DNA of 64,000 nt from an uncultured Candidatus Saccharibacteria bacterium (GCA_964532425.1 CAZHIA010000007.1:8-64007), one strand, 5' to 3'; numbered from the stretch's first letter, positions 47,335-57,061 are shown. The notes: a model not told the origin generated them from the sequence alone. A program made the numbers and translations.

Positions 47335-47527
47335 TTTCTACTAAATACGAACACTGCGTACGAAACTACTAAATCTTTCATGTACGGTTTAGTAGTTTAG
47401 TACAATTTAGTATTTAGTAGAGAAATGGAGATTGTTAAAACGCACGGTCTGTACAAGACCGTGCGTTGTGCGTATGTATGGCAGGGGCAGTGTTGGTGCC
47501 GTCCCAAGCCGTGGGCCTGAAGATATA

Positions 47528-47914
47528 TTAGGTCTGGCTGACGGGTGGTGCCGGTTCCTGCTCGAAAGCCTGGGTAGCCTCGAGTTCCGTGGCATACACC
47601 GGAAAAAGCTGGAGTAGGCAGCAAAGTCGTAACTTATCTTTCAGCTTGCTGTCAGGCGCCATTATGAAGTGGACGCGGCCTCCGCGCTCTGAAACTTTGG
47701 TCAACAACCAGGCCATAGGCCCAATGCCTGCCTGGCCAATCACCATGCAATCGCGAAGATTGACGAGTACGCGGGTGACTCGGATGTCTTGAACGAGCTC
47801 TTCGCATTTTTTATCAAATAGCAGATCCAGGTCGCCGCCCTCTTTCATGGTGCCGATGACGGTGATGAGCGAGATGGGGGTTTCCCCGTCAAACACACCG
47901 GTAATAATTGCCAT
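47528..47914 (-). CDS. STAS-domain protein (anti-sigma-factor antagonist, SpoIIAA-like).
   Basis: Very strong AAAGGAGGG RBS 3 nt before MAIITGV. The body DLDLLFDKKCEELVQDIRVTRVLVNLRDCMVIGQAG...LCCLLQLFPVYATELEA follows the STAS pattern. Confidence 0.65.
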   Translation of the reverse strand: MAIITGVFDGETPISLITVIGTMKEGGDLDLLFDKKCEELVQDIRVTRVLVNLRDCMVIGQAGIGPMAWLLTKVSERGGRVHFIMAPDSKLKDKLRLCCLLQLFPVYATELEATQAFEQEPAPPVSQT

Positions 47915-48122
47915 GTTCCCTCCTTTCACATCATCATACCATACCCCATTCATAAATGGCTGTCAATAACGGCAGGGTATGATGCGAGAACATGCATCCT
48001 ATCCCAGGCGAGCGAACATGTGAACGCACACCCTTTTCGCATGTTCGCATTGCATTTAGATTTCGCCTCATGGTTCCAATAATGGTATACTATAGGGGAA
48101 GGTAAGACACCCAGAAACAAAT

Positions 48123-49358
48123 ATGAAAAATATAGTTATTATCGGCGCAGGCTATGGCGGGGTGGCTGCAGCCCTGAATCTCTCCAAACGGTTTCGCGGC
48201 AGAAGCGATGTATTGCTGACTCTTATTGACCGGCGCAACTACCATTTATACGCGCCAGATCTGTATGAGGTCGCCAGCTCCGAAGAGGAATTAACGACTG
48301 TACAGGGGCTTCAGAAAAGCATTACCGTGCCATTGGCGGAAATTTTTGGCGCTGCAAGTCCGGTTAGGATAGTTACTGCAGAGGTGACTGGGGTTGATAT
48401 CGGAAGCAAGACCATTACAGCTGGCATTGCGAAGATCCCATTCGATTATCTGGTCATGGCTGCCGGATCGGTGACTGATTATTGGGGAGTGCCGGGTGCG
48501 GAAAAATTTGCGATGCCTTTAAAGACTTTGCCGGACGCGCTGGCCATCCGCAACCGCATCGGTTTTGTCTTTGAAACGAGAAAATTGGAATATAGCAACC
48601 GGACCATCCGCATGATTGTAGCCGGCGGGGGATATACGGGTTGCGAGCTGGCAGCAGAGCTTGCGGGTTTGGCAGAGTTCCTATGCTGGAAATACGGCTG
48701 TCCGCGGGAGCAAGTGGAGATTATGGTGCTGCAAGCGGGCGGCGAGCTTATTCCGGGCTTGTCTCATCAGCTCAGCCGCGATACCTGGGGTCGCTTGCGC
48801 GAGCTCGGAGTGCGCGTGGAAGTACAGAGTAGGATTGTGGCCGTCACGGAACATTATGTCGAGCTCGATTCGCTGCAGCGGGAGCCATATGATGTTTTGG
48901 TGTGGGCGGCCGGGGTGAGGGCAGTGAAAATACCGCTTGTCGGCACGTGTGATATTGATGGTAAAGGGCGGATTGAAGTGAATGAGCTGCTCCAGAGCAA
49001 GTCCTGCGATTTTATTTATGCAATTGGGGATACGGCGGCGGTTCATGATTCGGATGGCCACGTATTGCCCGGGACAGCGCCGAATGCAATTGACCAGGGA
49101 CGCTATGTGGCGTACGCTTTGCCGCTTATTATGCAGAATATTCGTCCGAAACCCTATCAAGCCCGACACTACGGTTTTATTGTGGCGCTCGGCGGCAAAT
49201 GGGCCATCCTTAAATCCGGACCACTCTATTGGTTTGGCTGGTGTGCCTATGTGATTCGGTCTTTGGTTACGCTGCATTATTACCATAGCATTGTTGGCTG
49301 GTGGCGCGCCGTGAAATACGTTTGGCTGCAATGGGAAGAATATGAAAAAAACGATTAA
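48123..49358 (+). CDS. Type II NADH dehydrogenase (NDH-2) / FAD-dependent pyridine nucleotide-disulfide oxidoreductase.
   Basis: N-terminal Rossmann motif IVIIGAGYGGVAAAL. A second dinucleotide motif IVAGGGYTGCELAAEL. C-terminal membrane-association helices. Confidence 0.8.
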   Translation: MKNIVIIGAGYGGVAAALNLSKRFRGRSDVLLTLIDRRNYHLYAPDLYEVASSEEELTTVQGLQKSITVPLAEIFGAASPVRIVTAEVTGVDIGSKTITAGIAKIPFDYLVMAAGSVTDYWGVPGAEKFAMPLKTLPDALAIRNRIGFVFETRKLEYSNRTIRMIVAGGGYTGCELAAELAGLAEFLCWKYGCPREQVEIMVLQAGGELIPGLSHQLSRDTWGRLRELGVRVEVQSRIVAVTEHYVELDSLQREPYDVLVWAAGVRAVKIPLVGTCDIDGKGRIEVNELLQSKSCDFIYAIGDTAAVHDSDGHVLPGTAPNAIDQGRYVAYALPLIMQNIRPKPYQARHYGFIVALGGKWAILKSGPLYWFGWCAYVIRSLVTLHYYHSIVGWWRAVKYVWLQWEEYEKND

Positions 49359-49400
49359 CCGCTGAAAGATCGCTAATAGCTACGTTGATCACTCGTTGAA

Positions 49401-49436
49401 AATCGCTCCGACGTTAGGCCGGAGCGATTTTGTTTG
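49401..49436 (+). terminator. Rho-independent terminator ATCGCTCCG...CGGAGCGAT + TTTGTTTG after the NDH-2 gene.
   Basis: 9-bp stem followed by a T-rich run. Confidence 0.65.
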
Positions 49437-49440
49437 CGAT

Positions 49441-49698
49441 TCAGGTATTGACGATGAGTGTCATGTCTTTTGCGGTCATCCGCTGCGAGCGTGCTATCGC
49501 ATCTCTCAGCGGCTTGGTCCGTTTTTTCCAGGAGCGGCGGCTTTTCTCCATGCGCGCATACGCTGGCGTGCCCGGAGTGTTAGCTTCCACCAAGAGTTTC
49601 TCGATGTTTGAGCTGTCCGTCTTTGCGGGCGGGGGAGGGGTTTTGCTTTTCGATTTTGTACTGGGTTTGCCTGCATGCATCGTCACTGCTTTTGCCAT
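49441..49698 (-). CDS. Small basic hypothetical protein (85 aa, Lys/Pro/Thr-rich N-terminus).
   Basis: AAGGAGG RBS 4 nt before the ATG on the minus strand. Preferred over the overlapping plus-strand ORF 49430..49798. Confidence 0.5.
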   Translation of the reverse strand: MAKAVTMHAGKPSTKSKSKTPPPPAKTDSSNIEKLLVEANTPGTPAYARMEKSRRSWKKRTKPLRDAIARSQRMTAKDMTLIVNT

Positions 49699-49766
49699 GA
49701 TTCCTCCTTATGAGGGCAGTATGCCACATTATCTTTGTACATTCCAGGGGAAGACTGCTTTGACAT

Positions 49767-50147
49767 TTATTCTGTCAGGGTCTTCTGTAAGCTGCTAATG
49801 AGCTCCGGGACGCTAAATGGTTTGCTCAAAAAAACTGTCTTTCCTGGAGGGAGTGATGATTCCGGCTGTAAATATCCGGAGATGGCGATGACCGGAGCAT
49901 GGGGATGAGAGCGGTGAAAATAATCGCTGACTTCGTACCCGCTCTGGTATGTGTGATCTGGTCGCGGCAGGGTCAGGTCGACGATTGCCGCGTCAAAGTT
50001 TTTAATACTGTCAATCAGCTCATATGCCTCCCGGCTGTTTTGAGCAGAACTCACTTGGTAGCCGCTCTGTTCCAGGAAAATACGTATCAGGCCTAGTAAC
50101 TGTTTTTCGTCTTCCACGACCAGTATGTGGCGCGGTTGTTGTTCCAT
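49767..50147 (-). CDS. Stand-alone response-regulator receiver domain.
   Basis: HILVVEDEKQL...AAIVDLTLP...PVIAISGY...KPF. No DNA-binding or other output domain. Confidence 0.7.
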   Translation of the reverse strand: MEQQPRHILVVEDEKQLLGLIRIFLEQSGYQVSSAQNSREAYELIDSIKNFDAAIVDLTLPRPDHTYQSGYEVSDYFHRSHPHAPVIAISGYLQPESSLPPGKTVFLSKPFSVPELISSLQKTLTE

Positions 50148-50198
50148 ACACTCCTCCTTCGTACTTAAAACGCACTATGTGAAATACTCTTAGTGTTC

Positions 50199-50230
50199 AA
50201 AAACGAAAAGCCGCCTTTCAGGCGGCTTTT
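50199..50230. terminator. Terminator AAGCCGCC-TTTCA-GGCGGCTT, flanked by A and T runs, for topA on the minus strand.
   Basis: 8-9 bp GC stem. T-tract on the minus strand immediately after the topA stop. Confidence 0.7.
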
Positions 50231-50253
50231 ACTGTAAGGATATCTGATTTGGT

Positions 50254-52572
50254 TTAAGAACTACCGCTCAAAGCTGTCTTTTTTTTGGCAAAGACTTTTT
50301 TCGGCTTTGGCGGATTGGTTAACCAGTCCTGGTAGGCCTGGTCCAGCTGTTCCTGTGATTCCGGCTTGCTGTTTAAGACGAAGGTGCAATCCGGGAACCG
50401 TGTGCAACCGTAAAACGGTTTGCCGCGGCCGCGGGACTTCCGTTCAACAACGTCGCCAGGATTGTCTTTGCGGGCTTCGGTATGTTGACAGGCCGGGCAC
50501 TTGTACCCGGTTTTGTTCCAAATTTTGCTGATACCTTTGCATTTCGGGTAGTTCTTGCAGCCCAGGAAAAAACCGAATCGGCCGCGTTTGACGTCCATGG
50601 GTCCGCCGCAGAGCGGGCATTTTTCACCTTTGGTCTTTTCTTCCAGTTCTTTGATCTTAGCTGCTTCTTCCGGCATGGGCTGGGTAATCTTTTCGCCTTC
50701 CGGGCAGGCCAGGAATTTTCCCATGCGTCCGAATTTGATAAGCATGGGTTTGCCGCAGTGCGGGCAGGGGGTATCGGAGACTTCGACCTGCTTTTCCACT
50801 TCCTTTTCTTTGATGGTTAGATGCTGTTTGAACGGGCTGTAGAACTCACGCATGACTTCGGTCCAGCTGATCTTGCCTTCAGCAATGTCGTCGAGCTCCT
50901 CTTCGATGTGCGAAGTAAAATTGACATCCACAATCTCGGGGAAATGTTCGACCAGGAGATCATTGACCAGCATGCCTTCCTCTGTCGGCTGGTACTTTTT
51001 TTCGATCTTTTCGACATAGCCGCGGTCCTGGATGGTCGAGAGAGTCGGGGCGTAGGTGGACGGCCGACCGACGCCGGCAGCTTCCAGGGCTTTGATGAGG
51101 GTTGCATCGGTATAACGGGCAGGGGGTTCCGTAAAGTGCTGGAGTGGCTTGAGTTCGTGCAGTTTGAGTTGCTCTTGTACGGTAAGCTCCGGCAGTACGC
51201 CTTCAATTTCATCTTCGGCTTTTTCATCCTGGCCTTCGGTGTAGGCGCGGATAAAGCCGTCGAACTTGATGGTCTGGCCGTTGGCGCGGAAAATATACGG
51301 TGCAACAATTGACCTTTGACCATTGACATTTGACGCGCTGATATCAACAGCCGTCTGCTCCAATACGGCCTGCGCCATCTGGCAGGCAATGGTGCGCTTC
51401 CAAATCAGGTCATATAATTTATATTCATTCCGGTCGAGGAACGATTTTACCGCTTCCGGTTTGCGAAAGACGTCGGTCGGCCGGATAGCTTCGTGTGCTT
51501 CCTGTGCACCCTTGCTCTTGTTGGTATAGTGGCGCGGCTGATCCAATACATACTGGTTGCCGAATTCATTCGTGACGACTTGTTTGATAGCAGTAAGGGC
51601 TGACTGGGCAAGGTTCAAGCTGTCGGTTCTCATGTAGGTGATAAGACCGACACTGCCCTCACTTCCGAGTTCGATGCCCTCATACAGCTTTTGGGCAATA
51701 ACCATGGTCTGTTTGGCGGAAAAGCCAAGCTTGCGCGCGGCTTCCTGCTGAAGAGTGGATGTCGTGAACGGGGCAGCGGGAGTGCGTTTGACCTCTTTAG
51801 TCTGAATTTCAGCCACGCGGTATTCGGCGCCGTTAAGATCGGCGACGATCTTTTTCGCATCAACCTCGGCGGTGATGTCCATTTTACCGACAGTCTTGTC
51901 GCCAATCTTGTGGAGTTTGGCGGTAAAGATTTTGCTGTCTTGCTGTTTTGATAGCTGGGCTTCTATGCTCCAATATTCTTCCTGCTTAAAATTCCGTATC
52001 TCTCGTTCGCGTTCCACGACTAAGCGGACCGCAACCGATTGGACACGCCCGGCAGAAAGGCCGAAGCGGATTTTTTTCCATAGGAAGGGGGAAAGTTCGT
52101 ACCCAACCAGGCGGTCAAGGACGCGGCGGGCTTGCTGGGCATCCACCAGGCGCAGGTCAAGATCACGCGGGTTTTTGAGGGCTTCCTCGATAGCCGATTT
52201 GGTGATTTCGTGGAAAACGATGCGCTGAATGCGCTTATCTTTAAGACCGTTCGCAATATCTTTCTCTTTGCCTAAGCCCAATGCCTGCACCAAATGCCAG
52301 GAAATGGCTTCCCCTTCGCGGTCCTCGTCAGTTGCCAATATAATAGAGGGGGCTTCTTGAGCCTGTTTTTTCAGTTTCGTTACGACTTCCTTGGCTTTCG
52401 GGGGTATCACATAGGTGGGCTCGAAGTCATGGTCTACGTCAATTGAGAGCTTGCTCTTGGGCAGGTCGCGCACATGACCCATGCTGGCTTCTACCAGAAA
52501 TTGGCCGCCAAGAAAACGCGAGATGGTTCTCGCTTTGGTAGGTGATTCAACGATAATAAGAGGTTTGCTCAT
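50254..52572 (-). CDS. topA: DNA topoisomerase I (TopA) with C-terminal zinc-ribbon repeats.
   Basis: TOPRIM N-terminus (MSKPLIIVESPTKARTISRFLG). Active-site region. Multiple C4 zinc fingers (CPHCGKPM, CPLCGGPM, CPACQH). Basic tail. Confidence 0.95.
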   Translation of the reverse strand: MSKPLIIVESPTKARTISRFLGGQFLVEASMGHVRDLPKSKLSIDVDHDFEPTYVIPPKAKEVVTKLKKQAQEAPSIILATDEDREGEAISWHLVQALGLGKEKDIANGLKDKRIQRIVFHEITKSAIEEALKNPRDLDLRLVDAQQARRVLDRLVGYELSPFLWKKIRFGLSAGRVQSVAVRLVVEREREIRNFKQEEYWSIEAQLSKQQDSKIFTAKLHKIGDKTVGKMDITAEVDAKKIVADLNGAEYRVAEIQTKEVKRTPAAPFTTSTLQQEAARKLGFSAKQTMVIAQKLYEGIELGSEGSVGLITYMRTDSLNLAQSALTAIKQVVTNEFGNQYVLDQPRHYTNKSKGAQEAHEAIRPTDVFRKPEAVKSFLDRNEYKLYDLIWKRTIACQMAQAVLEQTAVDISASNVNGQRSIVAPYIFRANGQTIKFDGFIRAYTEGQDEKAEDEIEGVLPELTVQEQLKLHELKPLQHFTEPPARYTDATLIKALEAAGVGRPSTYAPTLSTIQDRGYVEKIEKKYQPTEEGMLVNDLLVEHFPEIVDVNFTSHIEEELDDIAEGKISWTEVMREFYSPFKQHLTIKEKEVEKQVEVSDTPCPHCGKPMLIKFGRMGKFLACPEGEKITQPMPEEAAKIKELEEKTKGEKCPLCGGPMDVKRGRFGFFLGCKNYPKCKGISKIWNKTGYKCPACQHTEARKDNPGDVVERKSRGRGKPFYGCTRFPDCTFVLNSKPESQEQLDQAYQDWLTNPPKPKKVFAKKKTALSGSS
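51305..51336. repeat. Half-copy of the TTGAC-heptad element (AATTGACCTTTGACCATTGACATTTGACGCG) lying in-frame inside topA.
   Basis: It encodes SASNVNGQRSIVA in the TopA reading frame, at a position where E. coli TopA lacks about 10 residues. The nucleotide string matches the arms of the MITE-like elements at 36578 and 38836. Confidence 0.5.
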
Positions 52573-53006
52573 GGATAGATTTAAGATGCAGGATTTAAGA
52601 TTAAAGATTCCAGTGCAGATACGAGATAGATATTACAGATGAAAAAAATATTTGTCAAATAATGCCTCAATAAATTTTTTTTAATAAGGCACCATTCTCT
52701 GTATCCCTGAAAGCATTTTAGGGGAGTAGCAGGATCTTTCTAGGGAGAAGAAGTTGCTTAAACCCAATGCACCAATGACGGACGTGAAAACATATAATTA
52801 CACGCGGCGTCTTTATGGTAATTCGTTTAAGTTGTGATCTATGGGTTTATTGTTGTCAAAAATAGGACTGGAGAGTTGAGTGGTAGAGAGATAACAGGTG
52901 TCACTTTAGAGCACTAATTTGTCAGCTACTGATATTAAATGCCAAAGGTATTGACATTCCAATAAACCATGCGCTACTATACGAGGAATGTTCTAAAGGA
53001 GGAGTT

Positions 53007-53222
53007 GTGAAAATCGTATGGAATTGTCTTGCCGTCGTCTTTTACGGAATAGCCGTATTGGCGTTACTTCTGACGACCCTTTCAGCCTATTTGATGTCTC
53101 AAGGGTACCTCTACCATATGCGGGGGTGGAATCGGTGGTTCGTGCTGGGGTTCTTGATGGTTTGGGGGTTTTCGTCTTTTCAAACCGCCAAACTTTGCCG
53201 CAATAAGGCTATACAGCGTTAA
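53007..53222 (+). CDS. Small membrane protein (71 aa, two TM helices).
   Basis: AAGGAGGAG RBS upstream of the ATG. Confidence 0.5.
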   Translation: MKIVWNCLAVVFYGIAVLALLLTTLSAYLMSQGYLYHMRGWNRWFVLGFLMVWGFSSFQTAKLCRNKAIQR

Positions 53223-53233
53223 AGGAGAGGGTA

Positions 53234-53536
53234 ATGGCTAAGAAATTAGCACATCGCATGACACCTGCCGAAATTCGGGATCGGCTGAAAAAACTTGCAA
53301 AAGCAGATAGCAATCCATTTCGCTTCGAAAACTGCTATGAACGGGCTGCCCGCCATGTGCAAGAGCGCGAGGTTCTTGTTTTGAAGCTTTGGCTGAAACC
53401 GGACTACGGTACGTGTTCGCTATGTCATATGGCCGGACGTGGCAAGGTGCCATTGGTTCCGGTTGAGGCTGAAGCTTTGGAAGGATTCCTGGCCTGCGCC
53501 CACCCTGAGTGTGGGTTGGTGTTTTACAGGCCATGA
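53234..53536 (+). CDS. Small hypothetical protein (100 aa) with a Cys/His cluster (possible zinc ribbon).
   Basis: AAAGGAGAGGG RBS 3 nt before the ATG. The motif CSLCHM...CAHPEC. Confidence 0.5.
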   Translation: MAKKLAHRMTPAEIRDRLKKLAKADSNPFRFENCYERAARHVQEREVLVLKLWLKPDYGTCSLCHMAGRGKVPLVPVEAEALEGFLACAHPECGLVFYRP

Positions 53537-53583
53537 ACCCTGAGGCTTATAACAGATGGACGGTGCGCAAGCGCCGTTCTTTT

Positions 53584-54924
53584 TTATTTTAATACGTTTT
53601 GTGTTTCTCCGATCTCACCTAAGATTTTTTTTGCCTCTTCGGCCGTAGCTGGACGAGGGGTGCTGTAGTTTTCGATGACTACGGGAATGAGTTCTATTGA
53701 TTCCAGTTTGGCCGGCTGCCGCGGGCCTTGGAGATCGCTTAGGGTAGCGGCGTTGGTTGATTTTCCCGGTACGGACAGGTCGCGACCTGTCCGTACACCA
53801 TTTTCCGATAGCGTAATCTTAAGTGCCAGCCCTTCTTTTGTCTCCCGGCTCCACTCTTGGTCAAAAATGAAATTACCGAGGGAATAGAAGATATACTTGG
53901 GGTTTGGACAGGGGGGTGCGGAAATTTTGGGATCAGGAGACTCAACCTCTCCCCCCGCCCCCTCCCCATTTCTTGGGGAGGGGAAGTCCGATTTTGTTGC
54001 GTTATTGCTGGCGCAATAACGCTCTATGGTTTGCACCCAGTGGGGATGAGCGCCAATAACCATGTCGGCTCCGTCTTCGATGGCTGCATGGGCAAAATCG
54101 ATCTGCGCTTGATTGGGATCGCGGGTATATTCGGTACCGGCATGCATGGTAACAATTACGAAATTGCATCCTAATTTTGAATTTTGAATTTTTAACTTTA
54201 AATTCTCTTTATCTTCAATTCTAGCCACATAATCATTTTTCGATACGCCATTATCATTAATCGATGCGTATGATGCGCCGATAAAGCAGATTTTAACGCC
54301 TTGGGCCTCAACGACAGCTGGCTGCCAGGCTTCGGCTGTGGTCGATCCCGTGCCTACGTGCCGAATGCCGAAAGTATCGAGGAAGCTCTGGGTATGGAAC
54401 AGCCCTTTAAGTCCCTGGTCAAAGGCGTGGTTGTTAGCCAGGTTCAGTACTTGGAAATTATAACTTCTAAGCTTGCTCGCATATTCTTCCGGAGCATTAA
54501 AGACCATGCTGCCGGATCGGCCGAATGAGTTACTGCCAGAAACGGGGGACTCCAGGTTGGCGAAATTAAAATCCGTGGACTTGAGGATTGACGCCATTTT
54601 TTCGAATGGCAAATCGGGATTGCCGGATTTTTGAATAGTCGCGGCTACGCTGCGGGAAAGTACAATATCGCCTGTAGCCAAAAAAGATACGGTAGTATGC
54701 CGACTGCTGCTCGCGATTTCCTGGCCTTTTTGGTAGTATCCTTCCAGACTGTCAGCACTCGGCTGGGTAAAATGGGGGACGGCCGATTCTTTGAGGTGCG
54801 GCTCGTACGTGCGCTGGTAAAAACCCAAAGCGATGGCAGCGGCCATCAATAACGGAATGAGATATTTCAGCAGTACAGTTTTTTTCATATCTGCATCATA
54901 CCGAACTTTGCGTGGTTTTGCCAA
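53584..54924 (-). CDS. CapA-family (PGA_cap) metallophosphoesterase-like protein, membrane anchored, with low-complexity inserts.
   Basis: N-terminal TM helix. Metal-binding motifs (LATGDIVLSR, NLESP, MHAGTEY, IGAHPHW). Pro/Gly-rich insert near the C-terminus. Confidence 0.7.
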   Translation of the reverse strand: MAKPRKVRYDADMKKTVLLKYLIPLLMAAAIALGFYQRTYEPHLKESAVPHFTQPSADSLEGYYQKGQEIASSSRHTTVSFLATGDIVLSRSVAATIQKSGNPDLPFEKMASILKSTDFNFANLESPVSGSNSFGRSGSMVFNAPEEYASKLRSYNFQVLNLANNHAFDQGLKGLFHTQSFLDTFGIRHVGTGSTTAEAWQPAVVEAQGVKICFIGASYASINDNGVSKNDYVARIEDKENLKLKIQNSKLGCNFVIVTMHAGTEYTRDPNQAQIDFAHAAIEDGADMVIGAHPHWVQTIERYCASNNATKSDFPSPRNGEGAGGEVESPDPKISAPPCPNPKYIFYSLGNFIFDQEWSRETKEGLALKITLSENGVRTGRDLSVPGKSTNAATLSDLQGPRQPAKLESIELIPVVIENYSTPRPATAEEAKKILGEIGETQNVLK

Positions 54925-54997
54925 TTGACCTGACCGAACCGCCTATGGTACGGTGTGGGTACGCTTGGTAAGATTCCAAAATGTTGAAGGAGGTTCA

Positions 54998-55801
54998 GTG
55001 GAACCTGCAATAACTGATGTGCGGCTGCCAGGATTGGAAGCCATGTGCCAGAGCATCCCGATTGCCCGGCTTTGGTCCCAGAGCCAGCTAATGCTGCCGA
55101 ATGTGGTGCGCTGGGGAGGTTTTTACGGCCGCGGCAAGTGCCGGCGCCAAGACGATCTGGAACATAGCCATTCGGTACAGTTGGCCGGTTCGTTCATTAT
55201 CGGAAAGCTTAAAAAGCATCTGGTTTTTGACTCCGATCTTCTGAGGGATGCCCTGCTGCTGCACGAAATGGGCGAAGCCATATTGCAGCGCGACGTGTTG
55301 GCCAACATTAAAAACGGCGATCCCTACCACGACGCCCGGGAGTACGCGGCTTTCTTGGAGTCCATTGAATCGATCCGGACCTTAGACAGCTGCTTGTACG
55401 ACTACTACCAGAAAGCCTTTCTGCTCCAATTCTGCCTCGGAAACGGCACACTGAAAGGATTTCCTGAACCGGCATACGCTCTCATGCGGCAACTGGCCTC
55501 AGAATGCCGGATTGAAGCGTTGCTGTTTAAGGCTATTGAGCGATGGGATTACGTTTTGTTTGCTTATGAACAGGCCGTACAGCGGCAATCCTTATTGTTG
55601 CTAGTCGGCGTGCTTCACGACGAAATGACCCCGCTCAACCAGCTGGCTTTGGAGCTCCCGCCGTTCGGTAGAGAGATCTGGACACCCGAAGTGGAGCAGG
55701 AAGCTGGACGGTTCGTGGCTAACCACCCCGAGTTGCTCGCTGAGTACCAACGGATCCAGCAGGAAGAGAAAGAAAAATACCTTGCCGCAAAGCAAGGCTA
55801 A
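54998..55801 (+). CDS. Putative HD-domain hydrolase (YfbR-like 5'-deoxynucleotidase pattern). The start could be the GTG at 54998 (4 nt after GAAGGAGG) or the upstream ATG at 54953.
   Basis: EHSHSV...LLHEMGEAI resembles the H..HD signature of YfbR-type HD domains, with E in place of D. Weak assignment. Confidence 0.4.
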   Translation: MEPAITDVRLPGLEAMCQSIPIARLWSQSQLMLPNVVRWGGFYGRGKCRRQDDLEHSHSVQLAGSFIIGKLKKHLVFDSDLLRDALLLHEMGEAILQRDVLANIKNGDPYHDAREYAAFLESIESIRTLDSCLYDYYQKAFLLQFCLGNGTLKGFPEPAYALMRQLASECRIEALLFKAIERWDYVLFAYEQAVQRQSLLLLVGVLHDEMTPLNQLALELPPFGREIWTPEVEQEAGRFVANHPELLAEYQRIQQEEKEKYLAAKQG

Positions 55802-55963
55802 ACTCGAACGCCCTGATCGTCAGATTGGGGTGTTTTATAATGCCAATTTACAGATAAGAACAAATCTACAAATACCTACGAATACTGTTAATGGGGATCT
55901 GTAGGTATTTGTAGATCTGCATTCATCTGTAGATTTGTTATTACTCAGTCATGTATGAACATA

Positions 55964-57061
55964 TTACCTACTGAGGATATACTGCTGCCCTCCAAGATTT
56001 CTAATCCGGCCTTTCATCTCCAAAAATGTCAGTGCCGAGGTTGCGTCGGCAGGGGAAAGTCCAGATTGCTTAATAATCTCATTGATGTTGGTGGGCTGCC
56101 GCGTAATGACTTTTAGCAATGCGCTCTCGGCGGGGCTGTCCCCGAACATGTCTTGGACAGAGCGCTGGTCTGGCAGGGTATTAAGATTGAGATCTTCGAA
56201 AATGTCGTCGGCCGATGTCAGCGGCCGCGCGCCCATCTTGAGTAAATTGTTCGGTCCCTGGCTTTGCGGGGAATAGATGGGACCGGGAACGGCATAGACG
56301 GTGCGGTCCTGCTCCAAAGCAAAGCGCGCGGTAATGAGCGATCCGCTTTTTACGTCGCACTCGACCACTGCCGTAGCTGTACTCATACCGGATATAATGC
56401 GGTTGCGCGCTATGAAGTGGTGTCTGAGCGGCGGCATGCCCGGCGGATACTCGCTCATAATGGCACCGCCGGCTGCAATAATTTCGTCAGCCAGATACTG
56501 GTGCTCTTTGGGATAGAAAGAGGCCGCATCAAGTCCGCCGCCCAACACCGCTACGGTGCGCCGGCCGTTCTTTGCCGCGATGCGTTGGACTTCGCTGTCG
56601 ACGCCATAGGCCAGTCCGGAGACGATGGTGACGCCGGCATGTACGAGCGGTTCGATGAGATATGTAATAGCTGCCCGCCCGTACCCGGTGATCTTCCTCG
56701 TTCCAACCACGGCTACGCAGAGGTCGTCACTGTCCCGCATGGATCCTTTATAGTACAACAACTGTGGGGGAGCGGCTATTTCATTCAGGAGCGCGGGGTA
56801 GCCGGGGTCGCTTCTGCCAAGTAGTGAGATATGCTCGCGTTCAAGGCTGGCTATCTCCCGGGCCAAATCGATGCTGTGGGTATGGCTGGCTACGACTTTA
56901 GCTAAATCCGGCTCTAATCCTGCTTCTTTAAGCTCTGTCTGGCTTGCAAAATATACCTTTCGGGCGCTGCCGAAGCGTTTTACCAACTGTGCCGTGCGAA
57001 CCGGACTCAGCTGAGGCAGGAGATTGAGCGCATGGCAATAGAAATTTTCAGGGAAATCCAT
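55964..57061 (-). CDS. dprA: DNA processing protein DprA (Smf).
   Basis: Rossmann-like core (VAVVGTRKITGYGRAAITYLIEPLVHAGVTIVSGLAYGVDSEVQRIA...VLGGGLD) plus a C-terminal winged helix. Confidence 0.85.
   Translation of the reverse strand: MDFPENFYCHALNLLPQLSPVRTAQLVKRFGSARKVYFASQTELKEAGLEPDLAKVVASHTHSIDLAREIASLEREHISLLGRSDPGYPALLNEIAAPPQLLYYKGSMRDSDDLCVAVVGTRKITGYGRAAITYLIEPLVHAGVTIVSGLAYGVDSEVQRIAAKNGRRTVAVLGGGLDAASFYPKEHQYLADEIIAAGGAIMSEYPPGMPPLRHHFIARNRIISGMSTATAVVECDVKSGSLITARFALEQDRTVYAVPGPIYSPQSQGPNNLLKMGARPLTSADDIFEDLNLNTLPDQRSVQDMFGDSPAESALLKVITRQPTNINEIIKQSGLSPADATSALTFLEMKGRIRNLGGQQYILSR

Noticed and set aside
49430-49798. 122-aa plus-strand ORF
   Set aside because: It starts inside the NDH-2 terminator hairpin and has no RBS. 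The antisense 85-aa ORF has an AAGGAGG RBS.
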